Made by a program: the position numbers and the translations under genes. Shown in pieces: positions 20,019 through 31,029 of a stretch of 64,000 bases of DNA (position 1 is its first letter; each line of letters begins with the position of its first letter). The notes beneath the pieces are model-generated. The model did not search any database, was not told where the DNA came from, and saw only the letters and a list, made by a program, of their open reading frames with translations. This DNA comes from an uncultured bacterium (lineage in GTDB: Bacteria; Bacillota_I; Bacilli_A; RFN20; CAG-826), in the NCBI GenBank assembly GCA_949297305.1, contig CASFSG010000068.1, positions 19,833 to 83,832 of the forward strand, given 5' to 3'.

Positions 20019-20703
20019 TGATGATGGTTATTTTGCAAAAGGAATTCTAGAACTTAGGGATTTTTTAGTTAAAAAGGGGCATGATGTAATTATCTTCGCG
20101 CCTTTACTTCACCAATCTGGAACTTCTTCTAGCATCACAATCGATCGACCCTTGACATTAAAAAGAATTGAAGAAAAAATTTTCGCTATCGACGGACGAC
20201 CTAGCGATGTCGTATCTTTTGCGTTATCTTCTTTTAAAAAATATCAATTTGATTTAGTCATTTCAGGCATCAATATAGGATACAATATTTCATTCGATAC
20301 AATGTATAGCGGCACTCTTGGTGCTGCGAATGAAGCTTTAAATTTAGGTAAAAAGGTTATCGCTATCTCAGCTAACACTTCGTTAAAGAACGTTTCAGAA
20401 TCTTTAGAAATAATTTGGAATTATCTCAACGAAAAAGATATTATTTCTAATCAATATATTTTAAATATCAACATACCAGCTACCGATAAAATAAAAGGTG
20501 TCAAAATAACTACACTTGCAAACGCCATCGAAAAGCCATACTATTTAGAAAAAAATGGTGAATTTTATCGCCATCGTGAAATAGAATATCAGTTTGATTC
20601 GAATAGTGATTATCAAGCTCTAAAAGATGGTTATATTTCAATTACACCATTAAACAATAATACATTTAGCCAAAAATATTATAATAAATTAAGTGAAATT
20701 TAA
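19999..20703 (+). CDS. surE: 5'/3'-nucleotidase SurE
   Basis: MNILLVNDDGYFAKGI N-terminus and SGINIGYN, YSGTLGAA blocks. Confidence 0.85.
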   Translation: MNILLVNDDGYFAKGILELRDFLVKKGHDVIIFAPLLHQSGTSSSITIDRPLTLKRIEEKIFAIDGRPSDVVSFALSSFKKYQFDLVISGINIGYNISFDTMYSGTLGAANEALNLGKKVIAISANTSLKNVSESLEIIWNYLNEKDIISNQYILNINIPATDKIKGVKITTLANAIEKPYYLEKNGEFYRHREIEYQFDSNSDYQALKDGYISITPLNNNTFSQKYYNKLSEI

Positions 20704-21242
20704 TATTTATTATTATCAGGGAATGCCTGTTCATAGGCTTTAATTGCGTCCGAAATTACTTCCATTGCTTTTTGACGACCGCGCATTTGGTTGACGGATG
20801 TTACTTTGCCTTCTAACTCTTTATATACTTTAAAAAAATGACGAATTTCTTGAAAAATATGTTCAGGAATATCTTTAATATCTTTAAAAGAATTAAAAAG
20901 TGGATCGTGTTTAAAAATGGCAATAATTTTCATATCGGTAAAACCCGAATCTACCATCTCTAAAACACCGATTGGATAGCATTCACATAACGCCATCGGA
21001 ACAATAGCTTCCGAGCAAAGAACTAAGACATCCAAGGCGTCGCCATCGTCGCCAAGGGTTCGTGGAATAAAACCATAATTTTGAGGATAATGAGTCGAGG
21101 TAAATAACACGCGATCAAGCATTAAAGATCCACTATATTTATCAAGTTCATATTTATTTTTCGACCCCTTAGAAATTTCAATACACGCCAAAAATGAGTC
21201 GGGTTTAATACGATTAGGGTCAACTCTATGCCAAATATTCAT
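20700..21242 (-). CDS. ppa: family I inorganic pyrophosphatase
   Basis: KNKYELDK, YPQNYGFIP and DGDALDVLVL motifs. Confidence 0.9.
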   Translation of the reverse strand: MNIWHRVDPNRIKPDSFLACIEISKGSKNKYELDKYSGSLMLDRVLFTSTHYPQNYGFIPRTLGDDGDALDVLVLCSEAIVPMALCECYPIGVLEMVDSGFTDMKIIAIFKHDPLFNSFKDIKDIPEHIFQEIRHFFKVYKELEGKVTSVNQMRGRQKAMEVISDAIKAYEQAFPDNNKY

Positions 21243-21316
21243 GTTTATTTCCTCCTCTTATTATTATTTTACTAAAAATTAAAGCATTTAAAAAGATAAT
21301 CATTATAATAAAGACG

Positions 21317-22132
21317 ATGAGTAAACTAAAAAGAATATTATTATTAATACCATTCATCTTAACTAGCTGTTCATTTAGGGGTGATTTACCTTTAATCAAA
21401 AATGGCGACCTATTATATTCCACTAGCGATGATTTTTTAAACAATGTTCGTCTTGTAGAAAAAATCGAAACAATTGATACATTGATCAAAGCAGACGAAA
21501 AATTCATCTTTTATATTAGTAGTTCGAAATGTCATTCCTGCACATCATTTAATCCAATATTAAATGAGACAATCATTAATTATGAGATGGAAGTTTATTA
21601 TATCGATGTCTTTGAAAAACCAAATATTTACTTAACGCTTTGTCAAATGTATCCGAGCTATTTTTTAACAATTGTTGCAACTCCTCACATCTATTTAGTT
21701 GAAGGGAGAAATGGATCTATAGATATCGAAAATCGTTTTTATGAAACGAAGATACTTTTTGAAAATTCTTTAAAGAAACACTTCTATGAAACAAATTTGT
21801 ATAATTTTCGCGATATTAATAATTTAAAATCATTTATTAATGACAATAAAGAATTATTAGTAATCTATTATGATAAAACAAATAGTGATGCGATAGATTT
21901 TTACCAAGAGGAAGTCTTCCCTATCATTAATCAAACTAAGAAAAATATCGCGATTATTGATTACGCAATGATGGATGAAAATTCTCAAAATGAAACGAGT
22001 GCTTTATATCATATTAATGACAGTTCATCATTATCCTTTTATTTATATAACGAAGGCAAATTAAATAAATCACTTACATATAATTTAGATAAGATAGAAG
22101 ATATTAAAATAATGCTTAAAGAGTATAGCTAA
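21317..22132 (+). CDS. lipoprotein with thioredoxin-like CxxC motif
   Basis: Signal peptide with lipobox ILTSC, and a CHSC motif in a Trx-like context (YISSSKCHSCTSFNP). Confidence 0.5.
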   Translation: MSKLKRILLLIPFILTSCSFRGDLPLIKNGDLLYSTSDDFLNNVRLVEKIETIDTLIKADEKFIFYISSSKCHSCTSFNPILNETIINYEMEVYYIDVFEKPNIYLTLCQMYPSYFLTIVATPHIYLVEGRNGSIDIENRFYETKILFENSLKKHFYETNLYNFRDINNLKSFINDNKELLVIYYDKTNSDAIDFYQEEVFPIINQTKKNIAIIDYAMMDENSQNETSALYHINDSSSLSFYLYNEGKLNKSLTYNLDKIEDIKIMLKEYS

Positions 22133-22207
22133 TAAAAAATAGAGTTTATACTCTATTAAAAAACTTATTATAAATAATGTGTTTTGGTAAAGTTTTTTAA
22201 GCAAAAA

Positions 22208-23999
<1,792 letters not shown>

Positions 24000-24845
24000 C
24001 TATCTAAATGTCGACAAAGTCACATCATTAAGTTCATTAGTAATTTCTTCTTGTCGCTTTTTATTATAGGTTAAATCGAGATTTTCAATAATTTCATCTG
24101 CGTTATCTTTCGCTTGTTTCATCGCCATTTTTTGTTTCGCATCTAAAGCGACTTCTGCCTCCAAAAGTGCTTCTTCTAATAAAGAGTGAATGTATAAAGG
24201 CAAAAGCTGCTCAAAAATATCTTTGACGCTAGGATCATAAAGAGGTTCATAGCCAATCGATGTATTATCCTCTTTATTTTCAACTAAAGGAAAAACTTGT
24301 TTAATGGTTGGGGTTAAAGTTAAAGCGTTAATATATTTGGTATAAATAACAGAAATAGAACGATAATTTTTATCTAAAAAATAATTTGTTAAAGTTGCAG
24401 CTAATTTTAATAAATCATTTTTATGAACATAATCGATATTGACAAAAGTGCCATCGATAATGCGATAACTTTTATTTTTAAAAAGATTTAAACCTTTTTT
24501 CCCTAAAATAATTAAATCCGCATTTAAGTATGATATATTATTTTCAACATACTTCAAAATGTCGTTATTGTAAGAACCGCATAGACCCATTTGACTAGTT
24601 AAAATTAAATAGAGATCTTTTTCGCCTTCATTGAATGTGTAGTATGGCTCATATTCTTCGCCATGAAGATATTTAGCTAAAAAGCGCATTAAAGCAATTG
24701 CTTCATTAGTGAATCCTTGACCAGACAATAATTTATTTTGATATTTTGAATATTTACTTGAAGCAATTAGTTCCATCGCGTTTAAAACTTTTCGCGTTTT
24801 AACGATAGAATTTTTTCGACTTTTGATGCGGATGAGATTTGACAT
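24000..24845 (-). CDS. atpG: F1 ATP synthase gamma subunit
   Basis: Operon position between alpha and beta; conserved N- and C-terminal helices (...ITNELNDV...). Confidence 0.88.
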   Translation of the reverse strand: MSNLIRIKSRKNSIVKTRKVLNAMELIASSKYSKYQNKLLSGQGFTNEAIALMRFLAKYLHGEEYEPYYTFNEGEKDLYLILTSQMGLCGSYNNDILKYVENNISYLNADLIILGKKGLNLFKNKSYRIIDGTFVNIDYVHKNDLLKLAATLTNYFLDKNYRSISVIYTKYINALTLTPTIKQVFPLVENKEDNTSIGYEPLYDPSVKDIFEQLLPLYIHSLLEEALLEAEVALDAKQKMAMKQAKDNADEIIENLDLTYNKKRQEEITNELNDVTLSTFR

Positions 24846-24847
24846 AT

Positions 24848-26356
24848 TTATTTACGATAAGAAGCGATGAATTCATCAATTAGACAATTTAATTTCTTCT
24901 TATTTTCCTCAGTTAAAATTTTTGTCGATAAAATATCATTAATGAGTTTATCATCTAAAGATTTGATATACTGATATAAATTGTTTAGAAATGGTTTAAT
25001 TTCTTTAGTTGCCATTTTATCTAGATATTTATTTCGCGCGACATAAAGTTCAATAACTTCACGGTCTAATGAATAAATATCACCTTCGTCTTGCTTTAAG
25101 ACTTCTAAAAGAACCTCGCCATGTTTAATAATCTCTTTCGTGCGTTTATCAATATCGCTGCCAAATTGGGTAAATGAAACAAGTTCATTATATGAAGCAA
25201 GTTCTGTTCTTAAAGAAGCACTGACATCTTTCATCGCTTTATACTGGGCTGCACTACCAACACGGCTAACGGAAAAACCACTATCGATGGCAGGGCGAAT
25301 ACCCGCGTTAAATAAATCGGTGATTAAATAAATTTGTCCATCCGTAATCGAAATCACGTTCGTTGGAATATAGGCGCTAATATCACCAGATAAAGTTTCT
25401 ATAATCGGTAAAGCGGTGATGGAGCCACCACCATTTTCTTTATTTAATTTGCACGCCCTTTCTAATAGACGTGAATGCAAATAGAAGACATCGCCAGGAT
25501 AAGCTTCTCGACCACTAGGCCGCTTTAAGAGTAAAGATAAGGTACGATAACTAACTGCATGTTTACTTAAATCATCAAAAACAATTAATGCGTCTTCTCC
25601 TTGATTTAAAAATTCTTCAGCCATCGCCATTGCGCTATAAGGGGCAATATATTGTAAAGGGGCAATATCAGAAGCACTACTTGCGACAACAATTGTATAA
25701 CTAAGAGCATCATTTTTATTTAAAATATCAATTATCGATGCGATCGATGAGTTCTTTTGCCCAATTGCGACATAAATGCATTTCACATTTTGATCTTTTT
25801 GTGCAACAATCGTATCAATAGCTAAAGTAGTTTTGCCAGTTTGGCGATCGCCAATAATCAATTCTCTTTGGCCCCGTCCTATCGGTATCATAGCGTCAAT
25901 AGCTTTAATGCCAGTTAACAAAGGGCTTTTAACACTCTCGCGCATTATGACCCTAGGTGCAATCTTTTCAATTGGGGCAAATTTATCCGCCATAATTTTA
26001 CCTTTATTATCGAGCGGCTCTCCTAAAGCGTTTACGACGCGACCTAATAAAGCCTTACCAACCGGCACTTCGATGACGCGTTTAGTTCTTTTTACTTCAT
26101 CGCCTTCTTTAATTTCGTTCGTATTACTAAGTAAAATAACACCAACAACATCTTCTTCTAAAGAGAGAACTAAACCATAATATTTATCTTTAAAGATGAC
26201 TAATTCATTAAGCATGACATCTTCTAAACCATAGACGCTTGCAACCCCATCCCCTAACGAGATGACAACACCAACATTATGAGCTTTTTTGTCGCTATTA
26301 AATTCTTTGATTTGTTTTTTTATTACTGAAGATATTTGATCTAAACTAATTTTCAT
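24848..26356 (-). CDS. atpA: F1 ATP synthase alpha subunit
   Basis: GDRQTGKT P-loop, DDLSKHA, EAYPGDVFYLHSRLLER. Confidence 0.95.
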   Translation of the reverse strand: MKISLDQISSVIKKQIKEFNSDKKAHNVGVVISLGDGVASVYGLEDVMLNELVIFKDKYYGLVLSLEEDVVGVILLSNTNEIKEGDEVKRTKRVIEVPVGKALLGRVVNALGEPLDNKGKIMADKFAPIEKIAPRVIMRESVKSPLLTGIKAIDAMIPIGRGQRELIIGDRQTGKTTLAIDTIVAQKDQNVKCIYVAIGQKNSSIASIIDILNKNDALSYTIVVASSASDIAPLQYIAPYSAMAMAEEFLNQGEDALIVFDDLSKHAVSYRTLSLLLKRPSGREAYPGDVFYLHSRLLERACKLNKENGGGSITALPIIETLSGDISAYIPTNVISITDGQIYLITDLFNAGIRPAIDSGFSVSRVGSAAQYKAMKDVSASLRTELASYNELVSFTQFGSDIDKRTKEIIKHGEVLLEVLKQDEGDIYSLDREVIELYVARNKYLDKMATKEIKPFLNNLYQYIKSLDDKLINDILSTKILTEENKKKLNCLIDEFIASYRK

Positions 26357-26359
26357 AAA

Positions 26360-26914
26360 TCATCTTCCTTTCATCGATAAAAGATTATTTTTAAGTGACT
26401 CAAGTTGATATTTAAGCGAATCGTCATAAATTTCCCCATCTAAATAAACTTTAACGCCACCAATTAAACTCGCGTCAACTTTATTTAAAAACGAAACTTT
26501 TGCTTGACTTTTTGCACTAAAAACCTTTTCAAACTCAACTATTTTTTCTTTTGTTAAAGGAATAGTAGAGTAAATAATTCCCTCTAAAACTCCTAGATTT
26601 TTATTGGCTAATTTTTTAAATTCACGATAAATCTGTTCGATATTTTTAATAAGATGCTTTTTGATTAATAATTTTAAAAAAGAGGTAAAATACGTTCGCT
26701 TAACACTCGATAAAATTTCATCGATAAATAGATATTTATCTATAAGTTGAACAAAATAAGACTCTAGAAAGGGCAAAATTTCTTTATCGTTATTAAGCAA
26801 GTCGACAAAGTCAGTAAAAATTTCTAAACACTTTTCTAAGTCTTTCTGCTCGTTTGCTAAAAGGATTAAAGCGTAAGCGTAATTGTAATTTAATTCATTA
26901 GCACTATTAATCAT
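26360..26914 (-). CDS. atpH: F1 ATP synthase delta subunit (OSCP)
   Basis: Operon position, 184 aa, C-terminal LIGGVKVYLDGEIYD block. Confidence 0.8.
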   Translation of the reverse strand: MINSANELNYNYAYALILLANEQKDLEKCLEIFTDFVDLLNNDKEILPFLESYFVQLIDKYLFIDEILSSVKRTYFTSFLKLLIKKHLIKNIEQIYREFKKLANKNLGVLEGIIYSTIPLTKEKIVEFEKVFSAKSQAKVSFLNKVDASLIGGVKVYLDGEIYDDSLKYQLESLKNNLLSMKGR

Positions 26915-27452
26915 TCTTTACTTTCTTTAAAAAATCGTCAACGAGACTTTCCTCATCTTTTTTAGAGATTTCTCTTTTTAAAATTTCTTCGCTCATCAAA
27001 TAAGCGTTTTCGACGATAAGAGAGTGAATTTCGTCCTCTTTTTGTTTAAGATCTTCGGTTATTTTTTTCTGTTTACTAAAATATTCCTTATCTGCTTCTA
27101 CTTTGGCCTTATTTTTAGCTTCTAAAATTATTTCTTGTTCTTTCCTATTAGCGTTAGAAATGATCGTTAAAGCTTCGTTTTTAGCATTAGAAACTTCTTC
27201 TTGAGCTTTAAAAAGATTTTCTTTAGCCTTTTGGTTATCGATTTGACTTTGACGAATATTATTTTCAACATATTCCGCTCTGGTTTTTAAAATCTTTTTG
27301 ACCGGTTTATAAGCTAAATAAAAAACGACAATAAGCAAAACAACAAAAGCCAAAAGCGTCGCTAAAAAATCGTAAGGATTAGGAAAAAGTTTTTCTAGGA
27401 ACGCTTCATTAGTGACAGGATTTTCTAAAGAAGTTAAACAAATAAGCGACAT
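26907..27452 (-). CDS. atpF: Fo ATP synthase b subunit
   Basis: Single N-terminal TM helix, then a long charged helix; operon position. Confidence 0.8.
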   Translation of the reverse strand: MSLICLTSLENPVTNEAFLEKLFPNPYDFLATLLAFVVLLIVVFYLAYKPVKKILKTRAEYVENNIRQSQIDNQKAKENLFKAQEEVSNAKNEALTIISNANRKEQEIILEAKNKAKVEADKEYFSKQKKITEDLKQKEDEIHSLIVENAYLMSEEILKREISKKDEESLVDDFLKKVKND

Positions 27453-27456
27453 CTAA

Positions 27457-27690
27457 TTAACCTCCATAAACAAAAATGAGTAAGATGGAAATAAGTAAGG
27501 CATAAATACCGCATGTTTCTACTAGCGCACAGCCAATAATCATTCCAGTACGTAATTTGCCATACGCTTCAGGATTACGAGCAATTCCTTCAATTGCGTT
27601 GCGGCAAATCCATCCTTCACCAATTGATGAACATCCACTACTAGCAATCGAAATAGCTGCAGCAATAGCAATTAAACCGACATCAGTCAT
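27457..27690 (-). CDS. atpE: Fo ATP synthase c subunit
   Basis: 77-aa hairpin protein MTDVGLIAIAAAISIA...ARNPEA...GCALVETCGIYALL. Start set at the internal ATG 27690; the track ORF extends to 27780 through a basic non-native leader. Confidence 0.85.
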   Translation of the reverse strand: MTDVGLIAIAAAISIASSGCSSIGEGWICRNAIEGIARNPEAYGKLRTGMIIGCALVETCGIYALLISILLIFVYGG

Positions 27691-27704
27691 ATTTTTTCTC
27701 CTTT

Positions 27705-28472
27705 CTAGCTTTTCACCAAAGCTAATTTTTCTTCTATTTCTTCCTCTTCTGGTTTTTCTTGTGCGACTAATAAGCAGCATAAAAACATATAAACCATCGT
27801 TTGGATGGAACCAGAAACAAGGTCAAAATAAGCATGAAACAAAGGCGTAGCAATCGGCACAAACCAAATGGAATTGATACCGCTAGGCATAAAAGAAAAT
27901 AAAGCTGCACTAGCGATTTCAAGAACATAATTTAAGAGCGATAATAACACCCAACCTACCAATGCATTGCCAAACATACGTAATGTCATCGATAATAAAG
28001 GCGCCCACATTGAAATGAGATTAATCGGTAAAAAGAACGGTAATGGTTCAATGAAACGTTTAAAATATTTAAATTTGTTATAACGCATTGCTGTAAAATG
28101 AATCATCGCAAATGCAAACAAAGCAATCGTAAAAGGGATATTTAATGACGCCATCGGAGTTGGTAAACCAGTGATACCAATAATAAAAGATAAAAATAAA
28201 AATGGAACGACACCTAATAATAAACCACCAAAATTTTCAAAACCTTTCCCCATCAAACCATAGGCAAAATCATCAAATTTTTCTACCATCATTTCAACGA
28301 CGAGCAATAATCCTTTCGGTTTTTTTAAAGGATCAGCCCTTTTAGCTAAAATGAAAATAACAATTGATAAAATAATTAAAACACCAATAATGATTAAAGC
28401 AATAAAAGTCTCAGGTGCGATGTCCCAATGAAGCAAATCTTCCTTTGAATAAAAGTCAAAGAATTTATTCAT
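27705..28472 (-). CDS. atpB: Fo ATP synthase a subunit
   Basis: Polytopic; conserved LSMTLRMFGN (essential Arg) and HAYF blocks. Start set at MNKFFDF; the track ORF extends to 28517. Confidence 0.85.
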   Translation of the reverse strand: MNKFFDFYSKEDLLHWDIAPETFIALIIIGVLIILSIVIFILAKRADPLKKPKGLLLVVEMMVEKFDDFAYGLMGKGFENFGGLLLGVVPFLFLSFIIGITGLPTPMASLNIPFTIALFAFAMIHFTAMRYNKFKYFKRFIEPLPFFLPINLISMWAPLLSMTLRMFGNALVGWVLLSLLNYVLEIASAALFSFMPSGINSIWFVPIATPLFHAYFDLVSGSIQTMVYMFLCCLLVAQEKPEEEEIEEKLALVKS

Positions 28473-28920
28473 TTTCTTTCGCTTCCTTTTTATCTTGCTT
28501 TTCGATTGGTTTTTCAATCGATTTAGTTAAATCAAAACGTTCTTTTAACGAAGCGATTATCACAACTATCTGCATCGGGGCATAGCCAATTAAAACGCCG
28601 AAAACATTAATAGCTTTAATTTTAAAATGATAAGTTAATAATGCCGAAACGATAATTCCGCCCGCGTATAAAAGCATTCTTAAAGCAAAAAATAAAGCGA
28701 AAAAAGCATATCCTTTATCCTTCAAAGATAAATCGCTTCCTAAATATAATAAAGCAACGCAGATGATTTCAATGACGCTGCCTATTGCTACGCCAACTAT
28801 CCAATCCCACATATCCCAAATTAAAAAGATGAGGCTTAAAAGCGTCAAAACGATACCGACGATGATTCCAACGATAATCATCCGATATAATAAGGGGATT
28901 TTAGAGAGGGATTTTTTCAT
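28465..28920 (-). CDS. atpI: AtpI-like small membrane protein
   Basis: 151 aa with 4 hydrophobic helices; first gene of the atp operon. Confidence 0.5.
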   Translation of the reverse strand: MKKSLSKIPLLYRMIIVGIIVGIVLTLLSLIFLIWDMWDWIVGVAIGSVIEIICVALLYLGSDLSLKDKGYAFFALFFALRMLLYAGGIIVSALLTYHFKIKAINVFGVLIGYAPMQIVVIIASLKERFDLTKSIEKPIEKQDKKEAKENE

Positions 28921-28922
28921 TT

Positions 28923-30125
28923 TTATAATAAAACTTTTTTAAAACGCGCAGCCTTAATAATACCATCTTCAAATTTAACCGGCACTTCCCCTTGAATTAA
29001 AGGGTATAGATAATCGCGAAAAGATTGGTCCATCATCTTAACGCCTTTCATCATACTAGATGGTATCATTCTTTCCTCGTTTGCAACATTTATAGTATCG
29101 ACTAAAGCAAATTCGCTCCGATATGGTTTCTCCGAAATTCTTTTGATGATGACCATTTCACCACTATGACCCTCGAGAGCTTTTTTCACTCCGAATTCGC
29201 CACAAGCAATCGCTTCTTCTAAGTCGACTTTGCTTAACAAAATATCATAGGCTCTTTGAGCTAAAGATAATTCAATTGAGCGAGTTGGTAAATCGAGACG
29301 TTTTTCAATAATTTTTGTTAATGCATCAGCCGCGCCACCTAATTGAATATGATTGAAAGCATCAACGCGCGCACTAGAAGTATCTCTTTCGAATACGATG
29401 CCTTCACTAATAGCAGCAATCGCATGGCCTTGACGAAGGTAAATTTCTTTAATGTCAACTAAAAATTTCTCTAAATCAAAGACGTTTTCAGGCAAAAAGA
29501 TTAAATCAGGTCGCGCATCAGAAGGCAATAAATCTACCGAAGCAGTTAACCACCCGGCATTTCTCCCCATAATTTCTATGACAAAAACTTTACCTTTTTT
29601 ATAACAAGATGCATCAATGCATATTTCCTTAACGGTATTGATGACATATTTAGCCGCGCTACCATAGCCCAAAGAATGATCGGTGATAGCCAAATCATTA
29701 TCAACGGTTTTTGGGATACCAATGACCTTAATATCTAAATGTAATTCTTCAAATAACATATGTAATTTATGACAGGTATCCATCGAATCATTCCCACCAT
29801 TGACAAATATATAACCAATATTATGGCGATTGAGCGTTTCAATAATTTTAGTGTATTTAGGATCGTGTAAATCCTTCGGCAGTTTATATCTTGTCGTTCC
29901 TAAAATTGCCCCTGGTGTCTGCTTCAATAACTCGATATCTTCTTCTTCTTCCTTTTCTAAATCAATTAAGCGATCATCAAGAAGTCCTTCAATACCGTTC
30001 AACGAACCATAAATTCCTTCAATTAAATCGGGATGTTTTTTTGCTTCTTTAATCGCGCCATAAAGCGAAGAATTAATGACAGCAGTCGGACCACCACTTT
30101 GAATATAAACAAAGGCTTTTTTCAT
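28923..30125 (-). CDS. pfp: 6-phosphofructokinase, probably PPi-dependent
   Basis: PFK family: GGPTAVINSS, GGNDSM, IPKTVDNDL, MGRNAGW. Asp at the position equivalent to E. coli G104 and Lys in PKT (equivalent to G124) are the published signatures of PPi dependence. Confidence 0.8.
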   Translation of the reverse strand: MKKAFVYIQSGGPTAVINSSLYGAIKEAKKHPDLIEGIYGSLNGIEGLLDDRLIDLEKEEEEDIELLKQTPGAILGTTRYKLPKDLHDPKYTKIIETLNRHNIGYIFVNGGNDSMDTCHKLHMLFEELHLDIKVIGIPKTVDNDLAITDHSLGYGSAAKYVINTVKEICIDASCYKKGKVFVIEIMGRNAGWLTASVDLLPSDARPDLIFLPENVFDLEKFLVDIKEIYLRQGHAIAAISEGIVFERDTSSARVDAFNHIQLGGAADALTKIIEKRLDLPTRSIELSLAQRAYDILLSKVDLEEAIACGEFGVKKALEGHSGEMVIIKRISEKPYRSEFALVDTINVANEERMIPSSMMKGVKMMDQSFRDYLYPLIQGEVPVKFEDGIIKAARFKKVLL

Positions 30126-30139
30126 AAATATATAACCTC

Positions 30140-30664
30140 CTATCTAATTTCTACTTGAACATTTTTTAACGCCGAAAGGGCAATTTTTTCATCTTCTTCA
30201 CTCGCGCCGCTTACCCCTTCTTGATAGACGATAACTCGTGCATTTGCATTAAATGTTTTAGCGATAATCGCATTCGATAAAACGCAGATATAAGACACTA
30301 ATCCCACAAGATATATTTCATCATAATTATGGCTAAGGAGATATAGCCCTAATTCTTTTGAACCAAAAGTATCTTTTTCTAACATTAAATGTCCGTTCGC
30401 TAAATCTTTAATTTTGCCATATAACTGATGACCTTCTGTACCTTTTAAACAGTGTTTAATCGGTAAATTAATGCCTTCTAGAGTTTCTAAATAAGAGCTA
30501 TTATGCGTATCGAGAGTAAAGATAACATCATCGTTAGAAGCAACGAACTCTTCAATTTTTTTTGCAATAAAATTTTCGATTGTTTTCGCTTTAGGGAAAC
30601 CTAAAGATCCCACAACAAAATCAACTTGATAATCAATAACTAAAAGTAATCTTTTCTTGTCCAT
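30140..30664 (-). CDS. isochorismatase-family hydrolase (nicotinamidase-like)
   Basis: LLLVIDYQVDF, and a catalytic Cys context GLVSYICVLSNA. Start set at MDKKRLL; the track ORF extends to 30712. Confidence 0.7.
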   Translation of the reverse strand: MDKKRLLLVIDYQVDFVVGSLGFPKAKTIENFIAKKIEEFVASNDDVIFTLDTHNSSYLETLEGINLPIKHCLKGTEGHQLYGKIKDLANGHLMLEKDTFGSKELGLYLLSHNYDEIYLVGLVSYICVLSNAIIAKTFNANARVIVYQEGVSGASEEDEKIALSALKNVQVEIR

Positions 30665-31029
30665 AGTCAATATTATATAAAATATTGAAAATAGAATAAA
30701 TAAAAATCGCAATTAGACAATTAATGATAATTGAATTGGTTATATATCTAATTCAAATTCATAATTTATTTCAAACAATTATCAAACAAAAATATTACTT
30801 GCGATTAAATAATGTTGCTTAGAATAATAAAATATTTCTTAAAAGATAATTTTATTCATCGTCAATTTTCTTTCTTTAGGCGCATCTAATCGAATTAATA
30901 TCGATGGAATCGAACGATTTTAAATCAATCAACACTTAATAAAAATGATTTTAAAAGATATTTTATCTTTGTTATGATATTAATTAGGGCTAAAAATAGC
31001 AAACACTAATAAAAGAAAGGAATATTTAT

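Noticed and set aside
25140-26180. Plus-strand track ORFs inside atpA (63 and 115 aa). Similar antisense or alternate-frame ORFs lie in glgD, glgC, the permease, pfp, the 372-aa gene, terL and portal, and at 21226..21507, 27557..27850, 38887..39468, 41722..42232, 53818..54102, 56613..56813.
   Set aside because: All lie within, or antisense to, well-supported genes. They have low-complexity composition typical of AT-rich shadow frames and lack ribosome-binding sites.
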